The notes: a model not told the origin generated them from the sequence alone. A stretch of 64,000 bases of DNA from an uncultured Verrucomicrobiae bacterium (GCA_963735805.1 CAVTMK010000002.1:128001-192000), one strand, 5' to 3'; shown: positions 10,469 through 20,728, counted from the stretch's first letter. Numbers and translations are program-made.

Positions 10469-12940
10469 TCACTGACCCCAGTAAAGGTACCACTTACCCC
10501 AATATTGCCGGCCGGATTCGAACTTCATTTCGCCAGCATCCGTGATTTCGTTCTCGCGACGTGGCGAGCTGAACTTCAGATGAACGTGATTCGGAGCCCC
10601 CACCGGTTCCAGCGAGAACTGCATGGTCACATCTTCCGCGGCGGTATAGCCGCCAGGGCCGGAATCCACTGGCTTGACCACGTGAAGCACCGCATCGGGA
10701 GAAGGTCGCGGCGGAGGAAAAGCGTCAAACTGGATCTCATTGGTTTGGCCGCCCGGATACCATCCGTTGACCCAGATCGCGACTCGAGTAGCAGGTATTC
10801 CTCCGAAGAGATCTTCTTCCAGGCCGGTGAACGAATTTGTCTCGGAAGTTACCGTCCGCATCGTGGCGTAACTGAAGATCGGATGCAGCTCGGACTTGTA
10901 CGAACTGTGGCCACAATCGATGATCCATCGGCCTGTGACGTGGACCAGGTCGCCCGTGCGTGGCGCACCCAGGAAATTATGGGCCGCTGACGCGTAATAT
11001 TCCTCGTGCTCGATTTTCATGTAATCGAGATTCCCCTGACCGAACAGGCTAGGTCGCGGGAACGAGCCGGGTTGCGGTCCTATTGGGCGAATCTTGAATT
11101 CATAGTCGGAAGGACAAGTAGGACAGAGTCCTCCAATCGGAGTAGTGGCTCCGCCAATACTGTCCGGACAGTACGGGCATCCGCCAAAGGTGTGCTCATG
11201 CGTGAAGATGTTATCGATGTCCGCCATGAAATTGCTTATGACCGCACCGAAACAGGGAGTCGCTACCCAGTCACCTTGGAACGATTGAATAGCAACCCAC
11301 TCGGGTGGGCCACCGGGATGCCCGGGCCAATAGGTGCTACCGTGACAAAAGAGAGCGCCCGCGTTTGAAATGTTCTCCGGCGGAAATGGCGGCTCATCCT
11401 CGACGGTGCATGGACCCAGGTTATCGTTGCAGGGAAAACTCTCCCACAGAGTGGCCGGGGTTTTGTTTATGGCTTTGTCGGCAGCAGAAGGTTCAAGCTG
11501 TGCCACCAACCAGTCTCCTCCCTGGCGTTCCATCCACAACGTGGGAGGCGTTCCCCGTATTTCCAGCGTGGACAACATCTGGTCCGTGCGGTCCGGCCGG
11601 AAGAAACGTTGAAACAGCCAGGTCTGACTCGGCCCGATGGAGTCGGTGGGGTCACCGCGCGGCAGACCGTTGACTGGTTCCCCGCCGCGTTTATTGAGCG
11701 CATCCACAAACACAAGTGGCACGTAAGCGGTGTGCGGCGGTGCGGTACCGAGCAGGCTACCGTAGATGCGTCCACGTTCGAAATCCTGGACACGCGCGCC
11801 GCCGATTACTTCCGTGTCGCGCTCTTCTCCTAGTGGACAACCGAAGTAGCCGGTCTCCGAGTTGAATGGCCCTTTCAGTGAGAGCCACTTGATGAAGATC
11901 TGACCGCGAATCACGAACGTGGCTGAGCCGTTCGTGCTAATGGCTCCTTGTTCGTATACTGCGATCTTGCATCCGCCACGGGTAAGACCGAAACGGAAAG
12001 CCCCGTAGGTGGCCGCGCCCCCATCTGCGTTGAATCGATCACGAATAGCAGCGGGCAGATTGTTGAAGATGCTCGTAGCGGTTCCCGTCAGGTTGGCTGT
12101 GTTCGTTGCCGAGGCTGTGATCGTGATCGGACCCATCGGGACGCCGGTAAAACCGCCAGGCAATTGGAACTGGCGCGTCGTGCCGGACCCGGTCAGGTCG
12201 AAAGCCAGGTTAATCGGCGGAGCGCTGGATTCCGGTGGCAATAGATATGCGAATGTCGAAGTAACAGGCGAAAGCAGACCGTCACCGGTGACCGTCCCAT
12301 TAATGTCGATGGTGTCGACGTCCAACTCCGCGCCATTCGCAGGCGAGATAATTTGAACGATCGGCGGTGCCGTCGGAGTCGGTGCCGGCGCTTCACCCTC
12401 GAACTCAAGGTCATCGATCGCCTGGTGAGCGCTATCCTGAACCTGCAACTCCACCCTTGCGATGTTAGGGGTTGTTACCTTAACCTCGAACACCGTGGTA
12501 AACACATCCTGTGTAACTAACCTGGGTCCATCCGTAGCTACGACGGCTCCGTTGGAATCAAAAGCCGTCAGCGTACCGTTGGCGCTGGCACCTGGGTTAC
12601 TGGCAAACATCTTCACGCGCGCCTGCGGGCTGGTGAATTTTACGACTAACGGAATCGGGGTGAAGATCTCAGCGGACGGATCAACGGTCCGCAAAACACG
12701 TGTCCCTGAATGTGCGTTTGGGTCGGTCCCAAGATAAGCCTGTTGGAAGATCGCGCCGCGCGGCGCGTACTGTGCGTTAATCGTGGCCGGGGCGGCAATA
12801 TCTTCGAAATCCAATATCGTGGTTGCAGCCGTCGCAAAGTTCGCAGAGGAAATCGCAGCAAGCGCGGCCATCCACATCCATCGCTTTGGTGCCCACGCTT
12901 TCAGTAGTCGAATCCTGGTTGTGTGCATTGTCGAGTTCAC
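10469..12940 (-). CDS. Large secreted protein with Ig-like domain and LGFP-like repeat
   Basis: Signal peptide; PIVQIISPANG Ig-like start; GQIFIKW...GYFGCPLGEE...QDFERGRIY LGFP-like segment; C-terminal GRWIIDCGH..ELHP. Confidence 0.65.
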   Translation of the reverse strand: MNSTMHTTRIRLLKAWAPKRWMWMAALAAISSANFATAATTILDFEDIAAPATINAQYAPRGAIFQQAYLGTDPNAHSGTRVLRTVDPSAEIFTPIPLVVKFTSPQARVKMFASNPGASANGTLTAFDSNGAVVATDGPRLVTQDVFTTVFEVKVTTPNIARVELQVQDSAHQAIDDLEFEGEAPAPTPTAPPIVQIISPANGAELDVDTIDINGTVTGDGLLSPVTSTFAYLLPPESSAPPINLAFDLTGSGTTRQFQLPGGFTGVPMGPITITASATNTANLTGTATSIFNNLPAAIRDRFNADGGAATYGAFRFGLTRGGCKIAVYEQGAISTNGSATFVIRGQIFIKWLSLKGPFNSETGYFGCPLGEERDTEVIGGARVQDFERGRIYGSLLGTAPPHTAYVPLVFVDALNKRGGEPVNGLPRGDPTDSIGPSQTWLFQRFFRPDRTDQMLSTLEIRGTPPTLWMERQGGDWLVAQLEPSAADKAINKTPATLWESFPCNDNLGPCTVEDEPPFPPENISNAGALFCHGSTYWPGHPGGPPEWVAIQSFQGDWVATPCFGAVISNFMADIDNIFTHEHTFGGCPYCPDSIGGATTPIGGLCPTCPSDYEFKIRPIGPQPGSFPRPSLFGQGNLDYMKIEHEEYYASAAHNFLGAPRTGDLVHVTGRWIIDCGHSSYKSELHPIFSYATMRTVTSETNSFTGLEEDLFGGIPATRVAIWVNGWYPGGQTNEIQFDAFPPPRPSPDAVLHVVKPVDSGPGGYTAAEDVTMQFSLEPVGAPNHVHLKFSSPRRENEITDAGEMKFESGRQYWGKWYLYWGQ

Positions 12941-13527
12941 AAGGCGGAAGACGCGAAAACAATTCTCAGCTTTACCGGCACACCTGAGGTATTAGTGACT
13001 GATATTGTGGCGAGCCCACTGGCTGTCGTCTTTGCGTTTACCGAGGCCCCGCCTCGATCACGCCCAATATGGTAAGTGCTTCCGGTTGTCGCCAGCGGCG
13101 AACCACCCAATGAAACCGTGACCTTCAACGGGTTGATCGTTCCTATCCAGCGCACCACCCCGTTCAACCCCGACGGACCGGCAAGTGGAAGGTCGACCTT
13201 ACGCGTGGCTCCCGGAGCCAGGTCCTCCAGGACTAACGGAGCTATTTGTATCTTTGCCAGTCGCTCCTGGAATTCGTCGATCTCGCTTTCTCCGGGAGGA
13301 ATTGGTGGCGCACTGGGTTTCTCGAGTTGCCAGTTATTCGGGAAATTGCCCATTACGGCCGGGTCTTCGGTGACCGAGCGTTGGCGCATTTCGGTCACCT
13401 GAGCAAACGGTTCACCCTTTGTCGGGGGCGGCGCCTTGTGACACCCCAAGAGGGACGTGAGTAACACGCCCAAACACACAAGGCCACCGGGAGAGAGTGC
13501 AGAAGCCTGCATACGTGGAGCTGACAC
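12937..13527 (-). CDS. Putative lipoprotein, coupled to the downstream secreted protein
   Basis: Lipobox-like LLGC; stop overlaps the next start by 4 bp. Confidence 0.6.
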   Translation of the reverse strand: MSAPRMQASALSPGGLVCLGVLLTSLLGCHKAPPPTKGEPFAQVTEMRQRSVTEDPAVMGNFPNNWQLEKPSAPPIPPGESEIDEFQERLAKIQIAPLVLEDLAPGATRKVDLPLAGPSGLNGVVRWIGTINPLKVTVSLGGSPLATTGSTYHIGRDRGGASVNAKTTASGLATISVTNTSGVPVKLRIVFASSAL

Positions 13528-13679
13528 TAGAATTATCTTCCGCGAAATCGCTTGGCAAGATCAGACTGCAAGGAACGTGCGAGATCGCGACGAATGATTT
13601 TTACTGTAGCCGCTGGCGCCGACTGCGGTATTACCAATGAACGCACCTGACGCTGAACCCAAGACGCGGTCGGCTTTTT

Positions 13680-15365
13680 TTATCGCGGCTGAGGTGGACG
13701 ACTTGGACGAGGCAGCGGAGTGGGATGCCGAACCGGTGTTGTTGGACGGCAGTCCGTGAACCTGAACGAGCCTATTCGAGTATGCCAATGGGTCGCGTCG
13801 CCAGTCGTGGGATAATAAGTGCCCGTGTACCAAAAAGTGCAGTCATCACTCGGATCGATCGTCATTTGGCTATAATCTCCAAAAAAGTTGTCGTTCAACT
13901 GAGCGCCATTGCCGTCCATCAGCGTTAGCTCGCCGAACGGCAACGTGCCCAGTGGGTCGCTCGGCTGCCGGCCCGAATAATGCAGCGACGGAAACACATC
14001 CGCGCCCGACACGTGAAAACCGAGCACGATGTTTCCGTTCTTGTCCATGGCGATACTCCCAAGCCAACGGTTATCGGCATCGGGCGCGTATGTCTCTTGC
14101 TGATAAATTTCCCAGGGCCCCGATGTCCCCATGCGCAGCTCGTACCAACGGATGCCCGCATGATTCTGCGCAGGGTCGCCGTCGGCGGCCACAGTGTGAT
14201 TTAATAACAGCATCTGATGATCGCTAAAATTGCGGTACGTCAGGCGCTGCATCATGTAGCCGTAGGAAAGCGAATCGAGTTTCGTTGGAATGCCCGGCTG
14301 CTCGATACAGAACTGGTCCACGCACGCATTTGAGTTGAACGGCTCGGGGACCAGGCTGTCGGTCGGCACGAGCGTGGAAGTGGAAGGATCGTCCCAGTCC
14401 ACGTGGAATTCGTACACTTGCAGCCGGTCTGCGGGAAAACCGAGCGTGTCGTCCTGCACCTGCACGATGTACTCGGGCGTATTAGTTTGCGGCAATCTGC
14501 TACCCTCGAGATCCGCCGCCAGCATATGGCTGCGAGTGAATGGAGTTTGCGGAGCCGGCACAAAGAAGGTCACGAACTGCGGCGCCGGATCTCCGGCCAG
14601 CATGGCTGATCGCTCGAAAGCTGTGATCGTGTTGCCGAGTCCGCTGAAAATTTTGTTCGGATCAGCGGTCGCATAGTAAGCGTCGGAAAACACAGCGATC
14701 TTCGAGTAATCATTGAAATACCTTGCCAGGTGATTGCTGGTATTGTTGACCTCAAACGCGTACTGATCCCACGACCCTGTCGGATCGGACGTCTGCGACA
14801 CGGCTACGCACGAGTCCTGCCCGTTCGGGCGTCCGCCCGGACGACTGATGATCCATCGATTGGCATATCGATCGAACCGCACAACCGCATCGCTCCAATT
14901 CTGTCCGCCTCCACAATCAGGCTGGTTATGCCAGAAGGTGTTGCCGCTGATGGGACCGGCGAGGATATTGCCGGACTTGTCGTAAACCATCATCGCCGTG
15001 TTGGCCACTTGCACGTAGTGATCGAACCCCACAGCTCCGCTGTCATCGGAGGCGAAATCTGCAATCGAGCAATCGTCGCCGAGCAGTTCGTCAACATGAA
15101 GCCCTTCGAAGCTCACGATTGGATTTGTCAAAAAATTCCCGCCCGACTCGTTCTTGGTAGCGGTCGTTGCCACGGCTCTCTGTCGCCGTGTTTCCGGACT
15201 GACCGCCGCCGGACAAAGGGCCATCTGGCTGAGCGGTATCGATACCGAATGCGAGTGCGCATTTCCCACCACCAACACCCAGCCAGGCGGAAGCTGAGCG
15301 TTAACAACGCGGATAAAAGTTTCGACAACAGCGACGAGAAGCAAAGCAACAAGAAATATTTTCAC
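13680..15365 (-). CDS. Secreted beta-rich protein with Pro/Thr/Arg tail (start uncertain)
   Basis: Signal peptide; GAVG..HYVQ..N, CVAVSQTSDPTG, DY.KIAV, GIRWYELR and GDYS..TIDP.DDCTFW blocks. Confidence 0.7.
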   Translation of the reverse strand: MKIFLVALLLVAVVETFIRVVNAQLPPGWVLVVGNAHSHSVSIPLSQMALCPAAVSPETRRQRAVATTATKNESGGNFLTNPIVSFEGLHVDELLGDDCSIADFASDDSGAVGFDHYVQVANTAMMVYDKSGNILAGPISGNTFWHNQPDCGGGQNWSDAVVRFDRYANRWIISRPGGRPNGQDSCVAVSQTSDPTGSWDQYAFEVNNTSNHLARYFNDYSKIAVFSDAYYATADPNKIFSGLGNTITAFERSAMLAGDPAPQFVTFFVPAPQTPFTRSHMLAADLEGSRLPQTNTPEYIVQVQDDTLGFPADRLQVYEFHVDWDDPSTSTLVPTDSLVPEPFNSNACVDQFCIEQPGIPTKLDSLSYGYMMQRLTYRNFSDHQMLLLNHTVAADGDPAQNHAGIRWYELRMGTSGPWEIYQQETYAPDADNRWLGSIAMDKNGNIVLGFHVSGADVFPSLHYSGRQPSDPLGTLPFGELTLMDGNGAQLNDNFFGDYSQMTIDPSDDCTFWYTGTYYPTTGDATHWHTRIGSFRFTDCRPTTPVRHPTPLPRPSRPPQPR

Positions 15366-15518
15366 GGGAAGATGGAGCCGTTTTTTTCTTACCCGTTCAG
15401 TTTCACAAAACTCTCGTGGACTTGTCGAGCCCAACGCTCGAATAACCGCGCTATTAGCGAAACCGCCTGATGCTTACGGATCCGACCGCGCAAACATCAT
15501 CGCGGTGCGAAGCAGAGT

Positions 15519-16109
15519 TCATGGATTGGCGCCCGGGCACCATTTAACGGGAGACTGGTCCATGTTAAGTGCCTTTACCATAAAAGCGCTCGCTTCGTTG
15601 AAGTCCTTTACCGTTGCGCCCGACCAATATCCTGTCGTGCAAGTGGCGGTGTCGCAATTGCCGCCCAGCGTAATCCACTCTTCAGTTCGTAACACGTCGC
15701 AGACACAGATTGCTTTCTTGGGGTCAGACGGATCGACCGTGCAACGCTTATTGAGGCACCATGTCCACGGAGTTCCGTTAGGGCACTTGAGGACTTTCTT
15801 ACCCTTTTTGAATTGTTCCAGCGAAAACGAGGAGTACACCGTGCGAATCCCATTTACGTCGGTGCTGGGTTCGTTTGTGTTGCACGGCACCGAGGACATG
15901 CTCGCGCCCTCTTCCACAGCGCAGAAGCAAATTGCTTTAGTTGGATCACCGGGCTGCGGTATGCACAAAGCCGATGTACACAGCGCATATTGATGTTTGC
16001 ACAGCTCCATACCTGGCTTGGCTGTCTGTTGATTGCCGAAAGCAATGGTGAAAATGGCGGCCGCAGCAGTAAGCAGGAAACAGGCGAAAGTCAGTTTGAT
16101 AATACTCAT
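15519..16109 (-). CDS. Cys-rich secreted hypothetical protein
   Basis: RBS, signal peptide, repeated C...P.DP.KAIC.C units. Confidence 0.75.
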   Translation of the reverse strand: MSIIKLTFACFLLTAAAAIFTIAFGNQQTAKPGMELCKHQYALCTSALCIPQPGDPTKAICFCAVEEGASMSSVPCNTNEPSTDVNGIRTVYSSFSLEQFKKGKKVLKCPNGTPWTWCLNKRCTVDPSDPKKAICVCDVLRTEEWITLGGNCDTATCTTGYWSGATVKDFNEASAFMVKALNMDQSPVKWCPGANP

Positions 16110-16205
16110 GGTTTTTCCTTCTTTTCCCCGCTACTTGACTGTGCGATTGGCGGGGGCTGGAAAAGGCGAAGAACCTAGCGGTGAAAATCCTCCGCCCGAT
16201 TCAGA
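16110..16205 (-). promoter_or_regulatory. Conserved structured 5' leader, copy 1
   Basis: Colinear with 24702-24796; directly abuts the ATG. Confidence 0.6.
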
Positions 16206-16308
16206 CCGCGTCTAACGAGTCGGAGTTTCAAGAACGTCTCACCAACTGGTCAAGCACAATCGCCGCAAGGATGGATCTGCGCCCTCCGATCTCGTGATTT
16301 CCTGTTTC

Positions 16309-17088
16309 CTACTTCTTAATTCTTCCTTCGTAACTCTTCGTTATCCTTCGCTTGAGATAGTAGTCGTGTAACGGCACCAGGATAATCATCGAGAAATAAA
16401 CCCAGCCGCTCCATTGGATTTGTTCTGCCGGCAAAGTAAGCGCAAAGGCCAGCGACACGATTCCGACGAGTACCGGGACGCTCCAGCCCGACAACTCGCC
16501 GCGCGTCACCAGGCTTTCCCGTTCATTCAATCGCAACGGCTCGCGCAATTGCCAGGCACGAAGATTCAGCAGCAGGATTTCAGCGGAAATGGCAATCAAG
16601 CCGAGCGCGTAAATTGCAAAAATCGTTCTCGCCTGTGATTCGGTGGTATGAAGCGAGAACCGCTGGCCGATCTGGCCACTACTCAGAAAGTACCACATCG
16701 CCCCGAAAATTGCCTTCAACGGATAGATAAAGATCAGGATCGTAACAATCATTGCCCAGCTGATCAAAATCGAGGCGCCGTCTTCGAGACCGTAACGCCG
16801 GCTCCACAACCAATGGCCCCGCCAAAAGATGCCCAGCACCGCGATGCTGCAGATAAAAGTCGGTACATTCTTGAATGCCGCCAACAGTGTCTGGATGTTA
16901 TCGGGGATCTGTTGAGCAGCGATCACCAGCATCGAAATGGCGAACGCAAAAGCGGCGTCGATGAAAGTTTCCAACCGCGTCATCTCCATCCCACGCAACC
17001 GAAACCCTTTCAGTCGAGGAAGGGAATCGAGGTCTGCGGACAACGTCGACGCGATGTCACCATGGAGCGGATTCATTTCTGTCATCAT
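16309..17088 (-). CDS. TMEM175/DUF1211 family putative K+ channel
   Basis: RLETFIDAAFAFAISMLVI TM1 motif and FW.GH. Confidence 0.85.
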   Translation of the reverse strand: MMTEMNPLHGDIASTLSADLDSLPRLKGFRLRGMEMTRLETFIDAAFAFAISMLVIAAQQIPDNIQTLLAAFKNVPTFICSIAVLGIFWRGHWLWSRRYGLEDGASILISWAMIVTILIFIYPLKAIFGAMWYFLSSGQIGQRFSLHTTESQARTIFAIYALGLIAISAEILLLNLRAWQLREPLRLNERESLVTRGELSGWSVPVLVGIVSLAFALTLPAEQIQWSGWVYFSMIILVPLHDYYLKRRITKSYEGRIKK

Positions 17089-17212
17089 GCCGGCCCGCCA
17101 TGAACTTGTGAATCTCGATTACACCATAAAGATTTCCCCTCGGCACGCCGCCGCGAATAAATCGCGAAGGCGGCTTTTCATTGAGACGAGTCTTTAATAA
17201 TTTTGTCGCTCA

Positions 17213-17809
17213 ATGCCAAAACCTTCGGACAAGCTAACTACTGATCAGCTTGGTGAACTAATCTACGAAATTCGCGGCGAACGCGTAATGCTGGACTCCG
17301 ATCTGGCCTCGATCTACGGCGTTGAAACAAAGGCGCTGAATCGCGCAGTGAAACGCAATCGGGATCGCTTCCCGAAAGATTTCGTGTTCCAACTGTCCGA
17401 GGATGAATGGAAGAAGTTGAGGTACCAAATTGGCACTTCAACTTCGCCCGGGGAACATCCATCTTTGAAGTACCAAATTGGTACCTCAAGTTTGGGCCAC
17501 GGGGGACGCCGCAGCCGTCCATATGTTTTCACCGAGCACGGGGCAATCATGGCTGCAAATGTGCTCAATAGCGCACGCGCGGTTCAGATGAGCGTGTTTG
17601 TCGTACGCGCGTTTCTTAAAATGCGCGCGTTGCTTGGCGACAAGCGCGAGTTGGCTCATAGACTTGCTGCGTTGGAAAAAGAGCTGAAAAAGCGCCTGGA
17701 TGTCCACGACGCAGTGATCATCACAATCTTGCAGCGTGTAATGGACATTATCGACCCACCCGCCTTGCCGCCTGAGCCACCCCCAAAACAGATTGGCTTC
17801 CATGCGTAG
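17213..17809 (+). CDS. ORF6N-domain (KilA-N-like) DNA-binding protein
   Basis: IYEIRGERVMLDSDLA.IYGV.TK.LN.AVKRN..RFP.DF.FQL, GGRR..PYVFTEHGA, C-terminal IGF. Confidence 0.9.
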   Translation: MPKPSDKLTTDQLGELIYEIRGERVMLDSDLASIYGVETKALNRAVKRNRDRFPKDFVFQLSEDEWKKLRYQIGTSTSPGEHPSLKYQIGTSSLGHGGRRSRPYVFTEHGAIMAANVLNSARAVQMSVFVVRAFLKMRALLGDKRELAHRLAALEKELKKRLDVHDAVIITILQRVMDIIDPPALPPEPPPKQIGFHA

Positions 17810-17847
17810 GTTCGATTCGACAGTGGCGAAAGCACGCGATTATGCCG

Positions 17848-17872
17848 GCCGCAGTCATCGCCAGCGGCTACA
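17848..17872. repeat. GTAG-family REP (GCCGCAGTCAKCGMCAGCGGCTACA); representative of about 20 copies
   Basis: Related copies near 10370, 13605, 26571, 27381, 30260-30430, 33380, 33953, 34027, 39232, 41133, 44560, 47822, 48823, 49790, 52030, 52498, 56440, 57413 and 57800. Confidence 0.85.
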
Positions 17873-18875
17873 GCTCGATTGTGAATCCGATCGCTTCGAG
17901 TTCTGATTTAAGCAATTTTGCCTGATCAGGCGTGAACTCAACCAGCGGCGGCCGCACCCTGGTCCAAGCAGGATCGTCCGCGTAGATCGCGATGGCCTGT
18001 TTCAACGCCGCGATCATCGACGGAAATTTTCTGCTACTGAACACTCCGCGCACGACATTCAACCGCGCCTGCTGATCCTCCAATTTCGATTCTCGATTCT
18101 CGAATTTCGATTCTTCGGTGCAGGCAGCATACAGCTTGTGAATCGCAGCCGGGTTAACATTGGCTGTCGCGGAAATGGTACCCACCCCGCCGTTCCGCAT
18201 ATTAGCGAGAAGAAACGATTCGCTGCCAACGAATACCTCGAAGGTGCGAGCCGCACCGGCAATTGAAGCTGCCCGTCCGGCTCGGACAAACGCGTCGAGA
18301 AAAGTCTTGGTATTATTCCAATCGCCCGAGCTATCTTTCATCCCGGCGATTGCACTCGGATAAGCGCCCAGGAGGCGTTCGACCAATCTTGGTGTGATGC
18401 CAACCACCGCTACCGGCGGAATGTGGTAGAGATAAATTTTCAGTCGCGCATCACCGACGCGCTGCACGACTTCGCTGAAAAAGCGGTAGAGGCCTTCTTC
18501 GCCGACATCCTTGTAATAGAAAGGCGGCAACATCAGCACGCCCGCGCAACCGTTTTCCCCAGCCTGCTTGGTGAGCATGACCGTTTCCATGATCGAACAA
18601 CAACCGGTTCCCGGCATCATGCGCAACGGATCGACCCCGGCCGCGACCAGCTCGTCGAGCAGATTTAAACGCTCTTCCATCGACAACGAGTTCGCCTCGC
18701 TGTTGGTGCCGAACACGGCAAGTCCGCAGTTCTGTGACAGCAACCACTTACAATGCGCGATGAAACGTTTACTATCAGGCGCGAGATCGGCCTTGAACGG
18801 AGTAACGACCGGCGCGAGAACACCCCGGATACGTTGGCCCGCGGGAAGACCGTTGATTTCGGCGTTATCCGACAT
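17868..18875 (-). CDS. Dihydrodipicolinate synthase family (DapA-like) aldolase
   Basis: VTPF, GTNSE, LPPFYY, YLYHIP and GMKDSSGD motifs. Confidence 0.9.
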   Translation of the reverse strand: MSDNAEINGLPAGQRIRGVLAPVVTPFKADLAPDSKRFIAHCKWLLSQNCGLAVFGTNSEANSLSMEERLNLLDELVAAGVDPLRMMPGTGCCSIMETVMLTKQAGENGCAGVLMLPPFYYKDVGEEGLYRFFSEVVQRVGDARLKIYLYHIPPVAVVGITPRLVERLLGAYPSAIAGMKDSSGDWNNTKTFLDAFVRAGRAASIAGAARTFEVFVGSESFLLANMRNGGVGTISATANVNPAAIHKLYAACTEESKFENRESKLEDQQARLNVVRGVFSSRKFPSMIAALKQAIAIYADDPAWTRVRPPLVEFTPDQAKLLKSELEAIGFTIEL

Positions 18876-18898
18876 TTCCTAATTTTTCCTTCAACCTT

Positions 18899-20455
18899 CT
18901 AACTTTTCGAGCGACTGCGAAACCACCCCGTTTTTGCTTCCTTACTTCTTAGAGTTATGGCCACCAAAATTGCGATCGCAATGGGCCAGATCAGATTCAG
19001 ACGCAACGTGTCGGCGAACGCCGCCGCGAATGACTGGTGAAACGCCTGGCGGACCAGTTCGACCTGACTTGTGATCAGGCCGGCATCGATGTTTCCGATT
19101 CGTTCGACCGCGCCGGGCTGTTCCAGGAGTTTCTGTTGAGCGAATGACAATGGCGTTTCGGCTAATCGGAAAGCGAGATGGCGTTGGAAAAAGGCACCGT
19201 GAAGTTCGGTCGCGGCCGCGACGCCAATAGCACCTCCGCCGAACCGAAACATGTAGATCATTCCCGTTGCCAGACCGGCGCGTTCCGGCGAAACCGCGGT
19301 GAGACCAACGGTGTTTAGCAATGTAAATCCAGGCCCGGCCCCGGCGGCAATCAGGAGAAATGGAATCACCATCCCACTGTATCCGTACGATACCGGGACA
19401 AATGACAGGATCGCCAGTCCCAGCGCCATCGAAACGCAAGCGACGATTAGCAGAGTCGGCATTTGAAAGCGGCTCGTCAGGCGTCCGGACATGACTCCAG
19501 TTACGGCAAGAACAAGGCTGAACGGAACCAGGCCGATTCCCGCAGTCAACGCGCTGTAACCAAATTCCTCCTGCAAATAAACCGCGACCATGAACAGGAA
19601 AAGGAAGAAGACAAATCCAAGGAAACAACTGGCCACGCAGGAACAGAAAAAGGCCGGTAATTGAAGGAGTTTGCCGTCAACGATGGCATTGGTCGCGCGG
19701 CGCTCGATGATTACGAAAACCACCAGCAAGACGAGCGACAGAACAATCAGTCCGAGAGCCAGCGGCGGGTTGCGATCGCCTCCCTGAAGGAGATCCAGAC
19801 CGACAAGGAAACTCGTTAACGCTGTCCCGAGAACAAGTACGCCCGCGATATCGATTCGGTGCGAAGCATTCTCGTCGCGCGAATCCTGAATGGCGCGCAA
19901 TGCGATGATCATGATCACGGCGATGAGCGGCAGATTAATCAAAAAAACCAATCGCCAGCTCACCTCTGCGGTTAGAAATCCACCTACCAATGGCCCGATC
20001 GATTGCGCTACACCCGCGATACCCACCAATGTCCCGAGAGCGACCGCGCGCTCCTCGGCGTTGTAAACACTCGAGATGATGGCCATACCCGCCGGCAACA
20101 TGAGCGATCCGCCCGCGCCCTGTAATACGCGTCCGATAACCAGCACCGAAAGCGTCGGGGCGATTCCGCACAGGAGCGACGCCAGCGCAAATACAATTGC
20201 GCCTGCCAGCAGACAACGGCGTCGGCCAAAAACATCAGCGATCCGCCCGGCCGCTACGATCAGCGCGGCGAACGCCAGCATGTAACTGTTGAGTCCCCAC
20301 TGAAGATCTTCCAAATCCGCGTGCAGATCTTTGCCCAGCGTAACCAGCGCCACGTTGACCGTCGTGATATCGAGGTTCAGAATCGCAAACACCGCCGCGA
20401 TCGCTATCAAAGCCAGCCGCGGGTTTGTCGGGGGTGAGGATGAGACAGGCGTCAC
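18899..20455 (-). CDS. MFS DHA2 (14-TM) efflux transporter
   Basis: LD.T.VNVAL, GRIADVFGRRR, GPLVGG.L, WR.VFLIN.P and D..G motifs. Confidence 0.9.
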   Translation of the reverse strand: MTPVSSSPPTNPRLALIAIAAVFAILNLDITTVNVALVTLGKDLHADLEDLQWGLNSYMLAFAALIVAAGRIADVFGRRRCLLAGAIVFALASLLCGIAPTLSVLVIGRVLQGAGGSLMLPAGMAIISSVYNAEERAVALGTLVGIAGVAQSIGPLVGGFLTAEVSWRLVFLINLPLIAVIMIIALRAIQDSRDENASHRIDIAGVLVLGTALTSFLVGLDLLQGGDRNPPLALGLIVLSLVLLVVFVIIERRATNAIVDGKLLQLPAFFCSCVASCFLGFVFFLFLFMVAVYLQEEFGYSALTAGIGLVPFSLVLAVTGVMSGRLTSRFQMPTLLIVACVSMALGLAILSFVPVSYGYSGMVIPFLLIAAGAGPGFTLLNTVGLTAVSPERAGLATGMIYMFRFGGGAIGVAAATELHGAFFQRHLAFRLAETPLSFAQQKLLEQPGAVERIGNIDAGLITSQVELVRQAFHQSFAAAFADTLRLNLIWPIAIAILVAITLRSKEAKTGWFRSRSKS

Positions 20456-20699
20456 CGGTTCCGCATACTAACGATGGCTGCCGTCTTGCCCAGCCTTTAG
20501 CCGCGCTCGTGCCCCCGATCTCTGACCTCCTTGACACGCCGTAGTCCCGCGACTGCGGGACAAAGGCGCCTTCTCGTCAAAAAAAGCTTTGGATAATGTT
20601 GCGCCTCGATAATGCATGTCATTACACGGAAACGCTTGAACGAGTTCGCGCACAAACGCTACTCTGGTCTGCCGACCGGACGGACTCGTTCCGTGGCGA

Positions 20700-20728
20700 G
20701 CTCGGACCCTTCTATGTCGCTCATCCCA
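20700..20728 (+). repeat. 29-bp direct repeat, identical to 23910-23938
   Basis: GCTCGGACCCTTCTATGTCGCTCATCCCA at both sites. Confidence 0.9.

Noticed and set aside
16110..16205. Cyclic di-GMP-I riboswitch
   Set aside because: The UAGCGGGG end is reminiscent, but the GCAAAC, GNRA-loop and GACGCAAAG core is absent.
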